A stretch of 64,000 bases of DNA from the NCBI GenBank assembly GCA_001816585.1, contig MHCJ01000001.1, forward strand, positions 21,538 to 85,537. Reading direction: 5' to 3'. Positions within the stretch are counted from its first letter, which is position 1; each line of letters starts with the position of its first letter. This DNA is from Candidatus Chisholmbacteria bacterium RIFCSPHIGHO2_01_FULL_52_32. GTDB taxonomy: Bacteria; Patescibacteriota; Microgenomatia; UBA1400; Chisholmbacteraceae. The position numbers were made by a program, and so were the translations under genes. A model generated the notes under the pieces. The model worked only from the letters and a program-made list of their open reading frames with translations, did not search any database and had not been told where the DNA came from. Shown here piece after piece: positions 1 through 7,831 of the stretch.

Positions 1-1
1 T

Positions 2-763
2 GAGGAGTACAAAGATTTTGTCTGTCAGGCCAACGAGTGCCTCTCCGGCGTCACCGACACCACCTACTGCGCCTCGGGGGATGTCGACGGCTCCGAGCCT
101 TCCGCCATCCGCCGCTGTCCGTTCAGATACTGCCGGCTCTCGGCCTGCCAATCGTCGCCCTCGAGCCCCTCAGACGGAGAGTACTGCGTGCAAAACGCCC
201 GCCGCGATTGCGACATCTACGGCTGGGGCGTTTGTCAAAATGGCTCTTGGGTGTCCACCCTCTCGACGGGTAACAGCGGGGCCTGCTATCCAACCCCCTA
301 CATCACCAAGCGTTGCTCCGGCGGCATCGCCGGAGAGCCGGGTTCCGGCTCCTGGACTACTTTGCCAGGTGCAGCCGAGCAAGGCCGCTGTGAGGAGATG
401 TTAGTCCCCATCAAGATCGCCTTTACCCCCGGCTACGTCCTTACCTACACCCCCTACCTTCGCTCCATCTGGGAAAACACCGTCCACCAAGTCCAGTCGA
501 TCTTTACCCCCTTCCGCACCGAAATCGGCAAAGCCATCTACGATTGGCCGGGAGAATCCTTCATCGGCTATTCCTATTTCGATGACTTCGCCGAGGCCGG
601 TGCCCCGCCGGGAACCGTTCCCGGGAGCATGGCCAAGATCTACTTCCGCTACCTTGGCTACATCCACTGTGCCAAAGAAAACCTCTTAAACAAACTCTCT
701 CCCCTCCTCTACGACATCCCGTATGTCTACTACGATGCCCGCTGCAACGCAGAGCTGTGGTAA
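2..763 (+). CDS. 5'-truncated cysteine-rich hypothetical protein (probably surface/secreted)
   Basis: The frame of ORF 188..763 is open back to position 2 (EEYKDFVCQANECLSG...); about 14 Cys in 253 aa; same C-rich codon style as the downstream cluster. Confidence 0.75.
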   Translation, partial: EEYKDFVCQANECLSGVTDTTYCASGDVDGSEPSAIRRCPFRYCRLSACQSSPSSPSDGEYCVQNARRDCDIYGWGVCQNGSWVSTLSTGNSGACYPTPYITKRCSGGIAGEPGSGSWTTLPGAAEQGRCEEMLVPIKIAFTPGYVLTYTPYLRSIWENTVHQVQSIFTPFRTEIGKAIYDWPGESFIGYSYFDDFAEAGAPPGTVPGSMAKIYFRYLGYIHCAKENLLNKLSPLLYDIPYVYYDARCNAELW

Positions 764-798
764 AACAGTTGTCAGTGAAAAGTCAAAAGTTGAAAGTA
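764..798 (+). repeat. Five 7-mer units (AACAGTT GTCAGTG AAAAGTC AAAAGTT GAAAGTA); left inverted arm of four-helix-bundle cassette 1
   Basis: AGT recurs every 7 nt; starts immediately after the TAA of the upstream gene; reverse-complementary to 1182..1209. Confidence 0.85.
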
Positions 799-808
799 TT
801 GGAGAAAA

Positions 809-1174
809 GTGGACAACAAAACCTTTAGTGAGGAGCTAAAGCGTCGGATCTACCGATTCATCACCGATCTTGTGAAATTCACCGAAACACTTCCCAAAAA
901 CGATCCTTTGTCTCGAATCGCCACGAATCAATTGTTACGCAGCGGCACAAGCATCGGTGCCAACTATGTCGAGGCGATTGCCGGAAGTTCCAAAAAGGAT
1001 TTCGCCAACTTCCTCTCTCACTGCTTAAAGTCCGCAAACGAATCAAAGTTCTGGCTTGCCCTCCTCCGAGATACGGGAAAAGGTGCTAAGGACAAAATCA
1101 ATCAGTTGCTGAAAGAACTTATAGAGATATCAAAAATACTCGGAACCAGCGTGAAAACATTAAGAAGTAAATAA
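809..1174 (+). CDS. Four helix bundle protein (23S rRNA IVP / Avd-like family)
   Basis: 121 aa with the family motif QLLRSGTSIGANYVEA...SKKDF...KSANESKFWL; GGAG ribosome-binding site before GTG. Confidence 0.92.
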   Translation: MDNKTFSEELKRRIYRFITDLVKFTETLPKNDPLSRIATNQLLRSGTSIGANYVEAIAGSSKKDFANFLSHCLKSANESKFWLALLRDTGKGAKDKINQLLKELIEISKILGTSVKTLRSK

Positions 1175-1181
1175 TTCTATA

Positions 1182-1209
1182 GACTTTTGACTTTTAACTG
1201 TGGACTGTT
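1182..1209 (+). repeat. Four 7-mer units (GACTTTT GACTTTT AACTGTG GACTGTT); right inverted arm of cassette 1
   Basis: The reverse complement AACAGTC CACAGTT AAAAGTC AAAAGTC aligns unit by unit with 764..791. Confidence 0.85.
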
Positions 1210-1223
1210 CTAGAATGAATTCG

Positions 1224-2675
1224 ATGCCGAAACTCCGTCTGCTTCCCAAAATCGTAAGCGTGGTCCTCCTGCTTCTCTTTTTCTCAACCGGCCTCGCCTA
1301 CGCCCAAGGCATCTGGTACGACCCTACCCCCGAAGAACACGCCACAGCCTTACAGGAGTGCGAGAGCGGCGAAGTCGGCTTGGAGTGCACCGTCCAAGCC
1401 ATTGTTTCCGGGGTCGGCAACTCCCTAGGATATGGTGGAGCAGGTGATCCCACCATAGCCCAAAAGCCAGGTGCCATCGGCTTCGCTGCCGCGATGATTG
1501 GAAAATTGATGGGTAACCTTCCCATCTCTTCCCACGACTACGTCCAGTATGTCGCAAGCAAGATGAACATCGCCCAACCCGCCTATGCCCAGGGGACAGG
1601 TTACTCTGTCCTCTCCCCCTTAATCCGGGTCTGGAGCGCATTCCGAAATATCGCCTACCTTGCCTATGTCTTGATCTTCATCTTTATCGGCTTTATGATC
1701 ATGTTCCGTGCCAAACTCGATCCCCAAACCGTAGTCAACGTCCAGAATTCCCTCCCCAAACTCGTCATCACCCTTCTCCTCATCACTTTCTCCTATGCCA
1801 TCGCCGGGTTTATGGTGGATCTCATCTACCTAGGTATTTATATTCTGATCGCCACGTTTGATTCAGCCGGCCTCCTCGGTGAACCGACGATTGCGTTAAA
1901 CCGCCTCCTCACCCAGAATCTCTTTGAGCTTGTCTTCAAGGCCGGGCTTTGGCGCCTGACGGCCAATGCCGCCCAGTCAGTGCAGGAACTGATTTCAAGT
2001 GCCTTGGCAAATTGGTCGATCGGCAAGTACCTCGGCTCAATCAGCGGCTGGTTGGCCCATGCGGTCTTCGTGATCGCTTTGCTCTTTGCCATGTTTAAGC
2101 TTTTCTTCCAACTGGGAATAGCCTACATTCAAATCATCCTGCAAACCATCTTCGCCCCCATCTTCATCCTCTTCAACGCTCTCCCGGGGTCCCAAAGTTT
2201 CAGCAGTTGGCTGCGCAATTTCCTTTCTAATATCCTTATCTTTCCGGCCGTTGCCACGCTCTTTCTCATTGCCGCCGTTCTCTTAGGCCCCTACCAACCC
2301 GGTCCGGGTAAACCTTCGGAAGATCCGTTCGACATCACCGCTCCCTTGATTCCTTCCGGCACTCCGTTCTGGATGCCCCCGTTCATCGGTCTAGCTGGAG
2401 GGGTGGATGCGGAGGCCATTCTCCAGTTAATCGGCTTCTTCTTCATTCTCTTTGCGCCGCAGATGGTTTCAACCTTACAGCAAGCCCTGAAAGCGAAACC
2501 GCTTCCTACCGGCGGCGTCTTTGCCCCGATCGCCGCCGGTGCCGGCATTGTTGGCGGTGCCCTCGGCGCTCCCGGAAGAGCCATTGGCGGAGTAGCCAGG
2601 GGAGTTGTGGGCGGATATGTTCAACAGAAAGGCGAAGCCCTCGGCGGAGAACTCTTCCCACCAAGAAGAAGATAA
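1224..2675 (+). CDS. VirB6/TrbL-like polytopic membrane protein of a type IV secretion-like cluster
   Basis: Signal peptide (AYAQ), then WSAFRNIAY...IGFMIMFR...LPKLVITLLLITFSYAIAGFMVDL and several TM helices, with a Gly-rich tail; context with PrgI and VirB4. Start chosen 7 nt after TAGAAT. Confidence 0.7.
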   Translation: MPKLRLLPKIVSVVLLLLFFSTGLAYAQGIWYDPTPEEHATALQECESGEVGLECTVQAIVSGVGNSLGYGGAGDPTIAQKPGAIGFAAAMIGKLMGNLPISSHDYVQYVASKMNIAQPAYAQGTGYSVLSPLIRVWSAFRNIAYLAYVLIFIFIGFMIMFRAKLDPQTVVNVQNSLPKLVITLLLITFSYAIAGFMVDLIYLGIYILIATFDSAGLLGEPTIALNRLLTQNLFELVFKAGLWRLTANAAQSVQELISSALANWSIGKYLGSISGWLAHAVFVIALLFAMFKLFFQLGIAYIQIILQTIFAPIFILFNALPGSQSFSSWLRNFLSNILIFPAVATLFLIAAVLLGPYQPGPGKPSEDPFDITAPLIPSGTPFWMPPFIGLAGGVDAEAILQLIGFFFILFAPQMVSTLQQALKAKPLPTGGVFAPIAAGAGIVGGALGAPGRAIGGVARGVVGGYVQQKGEALGGELFPPRRR

Positions 2676-2692
2676 AAGGATCCACCGATCAC

Positions 2693-5600
2693 TCATTCGG
2701 AGAGAACATATTTCTGAAGATCCGCCATCCCGCGCTTCAATGCATCATAAACAATTGTCCCTCCTGCAAAAATGAGCCCGGGAACAGAATACTGATGCAG
2801 GTAGGAAAGGACGATATCCCGTTTCCTGGCATGCAGGAGCTTTTCAAGCGTTTTTGCACCATCCTCCCCAATGTACGGCCGCAGTTCCTGGACGAACCGC
2901 CACCGCTCCGCCGTTGACAAGCTCATCCCGCTCTTTCCGAACCGCCGCTGGGCAGCCGAGGAGGACTGGTTGAAAATCTTTATATCCCGCAGAGCTCCAA
3001 CCGGCCCCAGGAAAAACCCTCCGACAAATCCTAAGATTGACCCGAGCGGACCGAGCTGTTTCTTTAGGGCATACAGCTGTTTCCCCTCAACCCACGGGTC
3101 GGCCGTGTACATGTCGTTTAAGAAAACCCCTGCCAGCGAAGCGGTAATCTTCTGCCTATCTCCCTCCCCAAGATGCCCGAGCGCCTGCTTAACCTCAAGT
3201 AGCCCCTTGACAAATTCCTCGCGGCTCTGTGGGCTACCTTCCCGTGTTCCCGATAAACCCGCCGCAAGGTGAAAAATCCCCTCCGCTCCCTTACCTGCCA
3301 TCATTCCATCGATGAAACGCCTGGCATACATCCGCGGTCCTCCTGCTCCCCAATCGGTCTCCTCATGGAGAACATCATCGAGAAACGGCGCGTAGTTGAA
3401 CCGCATCCCCGCCAATTGCTCCGCAAGATCTCTTCTCTTCCCGCCATCCGTTGCCCCAAACGCCGTCAATCTCCCGATGAGCGCTTTCTCCTGATCATTA
3501 AAATTCTCATCTGGTAACAACCCGGGCACCTCCTTCATATTTAAAAGGTTCTCTATCAAAAAATCCTCATAATATTCTTCCTGCTTTTCCCGATCTAGAG
3601 GTCGTGCGCCATTACCGTCTTCCTCGCGGATCCTTTCATAGTACCCCTGCACCGCAGCCTCCTCCACCCGCCAGAGCTTCTTTTGAGTCTCCCTCCACCT
3701 ATCCCACACCTTCTTCTCCCACTTCTCACATTGCTTAGCCCATTCCTTCCGTGGCTCATCGAGATCTTTTTCCGTCTTGATTATTTTCTGCTCTCCTCCG
3801 ATCTCAACTGTGTCTCCAATCTTCATCGTAAACTCCTCCGGCCGGTCGAATTTCGTGTGGTCGGGATCCAGTTCATCCGCAATCATCCAAACGGGAAGCC
3901 GTACACCTTCCTGCCGAAAGACCTCTTCCTGTTTCCTCTCGTGCAAACGCCGATCTCTCTCAGCCTTGGTATACTGCGCCTTCTTCTCAATAAATTCCTT
4001 ATCGTGGTCATAGTCCTGATCAGCCAAAGCCCTGTTCGCAGCATACTTCTGAAACGCCTCCATTTCCCCCGCTTTACCTTGGAAAAAGACTCCCTGAAGC
4101 CTTCCATCTTTATCATGCGCCACTGACGGGAGTAGAGACAGTGTTCGCGAAGGCATCCGTTGCGGCACCTTCTCAAGTATTTTCGTCCGCTTTTCGAGCG
4201 CCTCCTTCTTCTCTTCCTTCTTATCGTCCGTAAAATCATCCGGATGTTTGGCGTTCGCCAGCTGTACCGACAGCGCCAGATCCATCCGCTCACGAAGCGC
4301 CTTGGTTGCAAGCAAAGATCGCCAAAAAGAAGAACTCCACTCCGAGCCAAAACCGAACAGGTTCTCGGGGCTGAACTTGCTCAAAAGCAGCTCATCCTGT
4401 TTGCCATGAAAGAACGCGGGCAACATCGCATTCATCTGCGACATCAACCGCTCCATGGTTTCAAGCGAATCCCCGTACTGGTCGAACCGGTCGGCAAGGA
4501 ACCGTACCGGGTTCATCGCCGTCAGGATCTTCTCAAATGGCGGGCTGTAAAGGTGGCCTAATTCATCGCGTTCCGGCAATCTTCCTTGAGCCGCATAGTC
4601 CGCCGTCCGCATATCGGCATTGGCGATCTTCAAAGCCAAGGCCGCCAACCGTTTTGCTTCCGTTTCATCAGGAGTTACTGGAAAACGCCCGCCCTCATCA
4701 CCCTCAAACGAGTGAAAAACCCTCCCTGCTTGGGAAAGCTTTAAAAGCTCCTCGGAAACGCTCTGAACAATGGAATCCGGCCCTCCTTCAAGCGAGAGCG
4801 CCTCAAAGGTCAATCTCCCCTTGTTTTTCGGATCGAAAAGTGTGCTTGCAGTTTCCTTCTCAACTAGCCGTAGTGCTACGCCCAAGCCTGGTTCCATCCG
4901 AACAATATGACTGCGGTCCCGGGAATGTCCCATGATCTCCGCACTCTTCGCAAGTTGCTCCAGATCCCCGCCGCTCTCCATGGTGACCGAGAGGTTGTGG
5001 AATAAGCGTCGCGCAACCCACCAACCCTGGTAGTCATAGTAATAACCCATCCCTCCGCCGCTCTTCACCTTTTCCAAAAACTCACCCCAAAGCTGCCAAT
5101 CCTCACTGGCGAAGTTGAACTGCTGTCGGGGATCGACCTCAGCTTCAGAAACAATTAGGTTGAAAATCCCGTCAACCGACTGCTTTGCCTGTCGCCGCTC
5201 AGCTTGCTGGTCCCTGGCCGCTTGAGTCAAAACCTCCCCATCTCTCTCCGTGGGTTTTCTCATCCGCCGGAACACCCCATCGTACTCAAGCTTCTTCATT
5301 TTCCCCAGCACTTCATAGAATCTCGGGCTATAAAGTCGCTGTGGCTCAAGAAATTTAAATGCATGCTCGCTATCCTTTCTGAATTGTTCCCTCTCTTTCT
5401 TGAACTCCCTCCCCAGCGTCTCAAGAAACTCGGGCGAGGGAACTTCATGTCTCTCCAGTATTTCATCAACCTGCGTTGCATACTTCTCCAGCTGATCGAT
5501 ATAACCCCCGAGCAAACGCACTGCCCGATGACCAACGGGAGCATGCTCAGAAGAAAGTTCTTGCACTTCCCGCTGAACATAACCCAACCTTGCCTTGGCA

Positions 5601-6325
5601 TAAGCAAGCTCACTGTCGAGATAGCCGAGAGTAAATCCTTCCTCTTCCTCAGGCTCCGCAGCCGCCTCAACCGACGGTCCCTTCATGCCTTCGGAGGGCC
5701 CTTCCGAAGGCCCAGGAATCTTCTCCGGCCTCTCAACAACGCCACCCTGTTCCGGTCGCGCTACCTCCTCGGCCGGCTTCCCTTCCGGCTTGGCTTCCTC
5801 AACCACCCCTCCCCTCAATAATCCTTCAAGCTCGAGAGACTCCCCCTTTGATAACTGTTTTGCTCCCAAAAGCCAAAGCATAACCTCAGCATCCGTTTTC
5901 GCCCCCGCCGCCCTTGCCGCCGCTATCAGTTCCTGGTACTTCTGTTCCTTAAACAGCTTCTGGATTTCCTTCCACAAGGTCCTGAGAATTGCCAACAGAA
6001 GTTTCCAAAGACCTGCCCGCTCTTTCTCGGGTATCTCCTCCCCTTTTTCTCTTTTCTTGAGGAACGCGAACAGCTGTTTGAGCTTCTCATCGGCAACTTC
6101 CGGCTTTGTCACCACTCCTTTTTCCTTGACCTTCTCCAGCGCTTCCTTGAAAAGCGCCTCCCGCATGTCCCAACTTTTGTCCACATCCTTGGCTTCAGCC
6201 GGAGGCTTCGGCTTCTCCGACCCACCACCGGAAGACCCCGCCGCCCGTCGCTCCGGCCTCTCCCTCCTGGGGGGCTTTCCTTGAGATTCCGGATTTTTCT
6301 TTAGTCCATCCTCATGCTCTGCCAT
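2693..6325 (-). CDS. Large (1210 aa) charged hypothetical protein with C-terminal Gly-rich hydrophobic segments
   Basis: Long uninterrupted ORF with its own sigma70-type promoter; no recognisable catalytic motif. Confidence 0.85.
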   Translation of the reverse strand: MAEHEDGLKKNPESQGKPPRRERPERRAAGSSGGGSEKPKPPAEAKDVDKSWDMREALFKEALEKVKEKGVVTKPEVADEKLKQLFAFLKKREKGEEIPEKERAGLWKLLLAILRTLWKEIQKLFKEQKYQELIAAARAAGAKTDAEVMLWLLGAKQLSKGESLELEGLLRGGVVEEAKPEGKPAEEVARPEQGGVVERPEKIPGPSEGPSEGMKGPSVEAAAEPEEEEGFTLGYLDSELAYAKARLGYVQREVQELSSEHAPVGHRAVRLLGGYIDQLEKYATQVDEILERHEVPSPEFLETLGREFKKEREQFRKDSEHAFKFLEPQRLYSPRFYEVLGKMKKLEYDGVFRRMRKPTERDGEVLTQAARDQQAERRQAKQSVDGIFNLIVSEAEVDPRQQFNFASEDWQLWGEFLEKVKSGGGMGYYYDYQGWWVARRLFHNLSVTMESGGDLEQLAKSAEIMGHSRDRSHIVRMEPGLGVALRLVEKETASTLFDPKNKGRLTFEALSLEGGPDSIVQSVSEELLKLSQAGRVFHSFEGDEGGRFPVTPDETEAKRLAALALKIANADMRTADYAAQGRLPERDELGHLYSPPFEKILTAMNPVRFLADRFDQYGDSLETMERLMSQMNAMLPAFFHGKQDELLLSKFSPENLFGFGSEWSSSFWRSLLATKALRERMDLALSVQLANAKHPDDFTDDKKEEKKEALEKRTKILEKVPQRMPSRTLSLLPSVAHDKDGRLQGVFFQGKAGEMEAFQKYAANRALADQDYDHDKEFIEKKAQYTKAERDRRLHERKQEEVFRQEGVRLPVWMIADELDPDHTKFDRPEEFTMKIGDTVEIGGEQKIIKTEKDLDEPRKEWAKQCEKWEKKVWDRWRETQKKLWRVEEAAVQGYYERIREEDGNGARPLDREKQEEYYEDFLIENLLNMKEVPGLLPDENFNDQEKALIGRLTAFGATDGGKRRDLAEQLAGMRFNYAPFLDDVLHEETDWGAGGPRMYARRFIDGMMAGKGAEGIFHLAAGLSGTREGSPQSREEFVKGLLEVKQALGHLGEGDRQKITASLAGVFLNDMYTADPWVEGKQLYALKKQLGPLGSILGFVGGFFLGPVGALRDIKIFNQSSSAAQRRFGKSGMSLSTAERWRFVQELRPYIGEDGAKTLEKLLHARKRDIVLSYLHQYSVPGLIFAGGTIVYDALKRGMADLQKYVLSE

Positions 6326-6394
6326 AGCTTTACTTTCATAGTACTACAAACACCAACGCTAAGTAATTTTCACCATTTTCCAGAGTTAAACGGT

Positions 6395-6423
6395 ATTCTA
6401 CCACAAAAACTATAAAGGGTCAA
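6395..6423 (-). promoter_or_regulatory. Sigma70-type promoter of the 1210-aa gene
   Basis: Minus strand TTGACC-17 nt-TAGAAT with extended TG (TGGTAGAAT). Confidence 0.7.
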
Positions 6424-6428
6424 CCAGT

Positions 6429-6455
6429 ATTCAGTCTGCCAATGGCAGACTGAAT
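6429..6455. repeat. Perfect 12-bp inverted repeat ATTCAGTCTGCC-AAT-GGCAGACTGAAT
   Basis: Directly visible palindrome abutting the left 8-mer arm. Confidence 0.85.
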
Positions 6456-6487
6456 CATTGTTATATTGCTACATTGAAACATTGCTG
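6456..6487 (+). repeat. Four 8-mer units (CATTGTTA TATTGCTA CATTGAAA CATTGCTG); left arm of four-helix-bundle cassette 2
   Basis: ATTG recurs every 8 nt; inverted relative to 6901..6932. Confidence 0.85.
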
Positions 6488-6509
6488 CTCTTTTTGTAAA
6501 GTTCCAATC

Positions 6510-6884
6510 ATGAAGAAGTATTTAAAGTTGAATGACATTAATTGCTATAAAAGGTCCCTGACGCTATCACAACATGTGTGGGAGATTGTGAATTCGTGGG
6601 AAAAGTTCGCCAAAAGCACTGTTGGTATCCAATATGTCAAAGCCATAGATTCAATTTCCGCAACGATTTCCGAAGGTTTCGGGCGCTTCTTTAAGAAAGA
6701 TAAGATCTTGTTTTACCGCTATAGCCTGGGTTCCGTAACTGAAGCTCTTGATTGGACCCAAAAATCCTGGAAGCGCAAACTCCTAACGAAAGTTCAATAT
6801 GAACATATCTTGAATGAACTTCAAGAACTTCCAAGGGAAATTCGCTATCTGATCAAATTCACAGGTGAAAAATTGAAGAAGTAA
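6510..6884 (+). CDS. Four helix bundle protein (second, divergent paralogue)
   Basis: QYVKAIDSISATISEGFGRFFKKDKILFYRYSLGSVTEALDW matches the family pattern; AT-richer than its neighbours; ATG at 6510 preferred over the upstream TTG inside the repeat. Confidence 0.9.
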   Translation: MKKYLKLNDINCYKRSLTLSQHVWEIVNSWEKFAKSTVGIQYVKAIDSISATISEGFGRFFKKDKILFYRYSLGSVTEALDWTQKSWKRKLLTKVQYEHILNELQELPREIRYLIKFTGEKLKK

Positions 6885-6900
6885 ATGAAGGCTCTCCCAG

Positions 6901-6932
6901 AAACAATTTAGCAATTTAACAATATAGCAATG
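6901..6932 (+). repeat. Four 8-mer units (AAACAATT TAGCAATT TAACAATA TAGCAATG); right arm of cassette 2
   Basis: The reverse complement CATTGCTA TATTGTTA AATTGCTA AATTGTTT aligns with 6456..6487. Confidence 0.85.
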
Positions 6933-6935
6933 GGG

Positions 6936-7238
6936 TTAAGCCGCTCCCGCGGCTTTCCTCGGCCTCCCTCCTCTCTTCCCATACTCCCTCGGAGTTAACA
7001 CAGAAGAAAAATGCGCGGATACTGCCTTCTCCGTGGTGAACCAAATCCACGGGAACCCTTTCTTTTTACTCTCCCTTCTCCGCTTCTCTCCCTCTATCTT
7101 TCCGGTGTTCAAGAGCCTGCGAATCCGATGTGTCGATCTCCCAACCTTCCTTGCCACCTCCGCCACCGAAAGCAACCCCTCCTTTTCCGGAGTCCTCACC
7201 GCTTCAACTGGTGGAGCTAAACCCTCTTTCTCCTCCAT
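6936..7238 (-). CDS. Small helix-turn-helix DNA-binding protein (excisionase/MerR-like HTH) with C-terminal GRPRK AT-hook-like tail
   Basis: LLSVAEVARKVGRSTHRIRRLLNTGKIEG is an HTH pattern; TGCTATACT lies 7 nt upstream of ATG 7238. Confidence 0.7.
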   Translation of the reverse strand: MEEKEGLAPPVEAVRTPEKEGLLSVAEVARKVGRSTHRIRRLLNTGKIEGEKRRRESKKKGFPWIWFTTEKAVSAHFSSVLTPREYGKRGGRPRKAAGAA

Positions 7239-7310
7239 AGCCGCAAGTATAGCAAAAGAGTGAAAGCGCAAAACATAAAAAGGCAAAAGGCAAAACTTCA
7301 GTTCAAGAGA

Positions 7311-7352
7311 GAATCATGTATTATGAATTATGAATCATGAATTATGAATGAG
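7311..7352 (+). repeat. Tandem 7-mer tract GAATCAT GTATTAT GAATTAT GAATCAT GAATTAT GAATGAG
   Basis: Directly visible; a different unit from the ACTTT family. Confidence 0.85.
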
Positions 7353-7793
7353 GAGCCCACGGAGATTTCTTCACCCTTTTGCAGCCGCCGCAGTTTCCCG
7401 AACGGAACATGAGCGGGAAACCAAAACTGACCTCTTTCCCTAAATCCCCTTTGAACGCAGCTACTCGAGAATGAAGTGAGCGAATTCCTTTAAAAAGTCA
7501 TCGACTGTCCGACGAAGGGTTTATCCCGAGGAGTTTGATGACATGGGATGAGCGAACAAGTTCCCGAGAGATCGTTCGCTGGGGTGCCCTTCTTTTGGAT
7601 ACTTTTCTCGGGCAAGCAAGAAAAGGATCAATCCATTTGTGTGCGCAAAGAAGCAACTGCCATTCTTGGACTGGCAAAGACGGCCCCAATTCTGTCTGGA
7701 GTATAAAATTTCTTTACCTAATCCATTTCCACCTGCTATGATGAGCAAAGAACCACAAAACCATCTCATCAACTTTTAACGTATTGCTCTTAA

Positions 7794-7828
7794 AACTTTG
7801 AACTTTTCATTTTGAACTTTAAACTATC
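7794..7828 (+). repeat. Five 7-mer units (AACTTTG AACTTTT CATTTTG AACTTTA AACTATC) ending 3 nt before ATG 7832
   Basis: Same unit family as the 1182..1209 arm. Confidence 0.85.
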
Positions 7829-7831
7829 TTT

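Noticed and set aside
809..1174. 23S rRNA intervening sequence
   Set aside because: The flanks are protein-coding genes; no rRNA sequence is present.
764..6932. Diversity-generating retroelement, given the Avd-like proteins
   Set aside because: No reverse transcriptase and no TR/VR repeat pair differing at adenines seen in the window.
7311..7828. CRISPR array
   Set aside because: Repeats are 7-8 nt tandem units without unique spacers; no cas genes.
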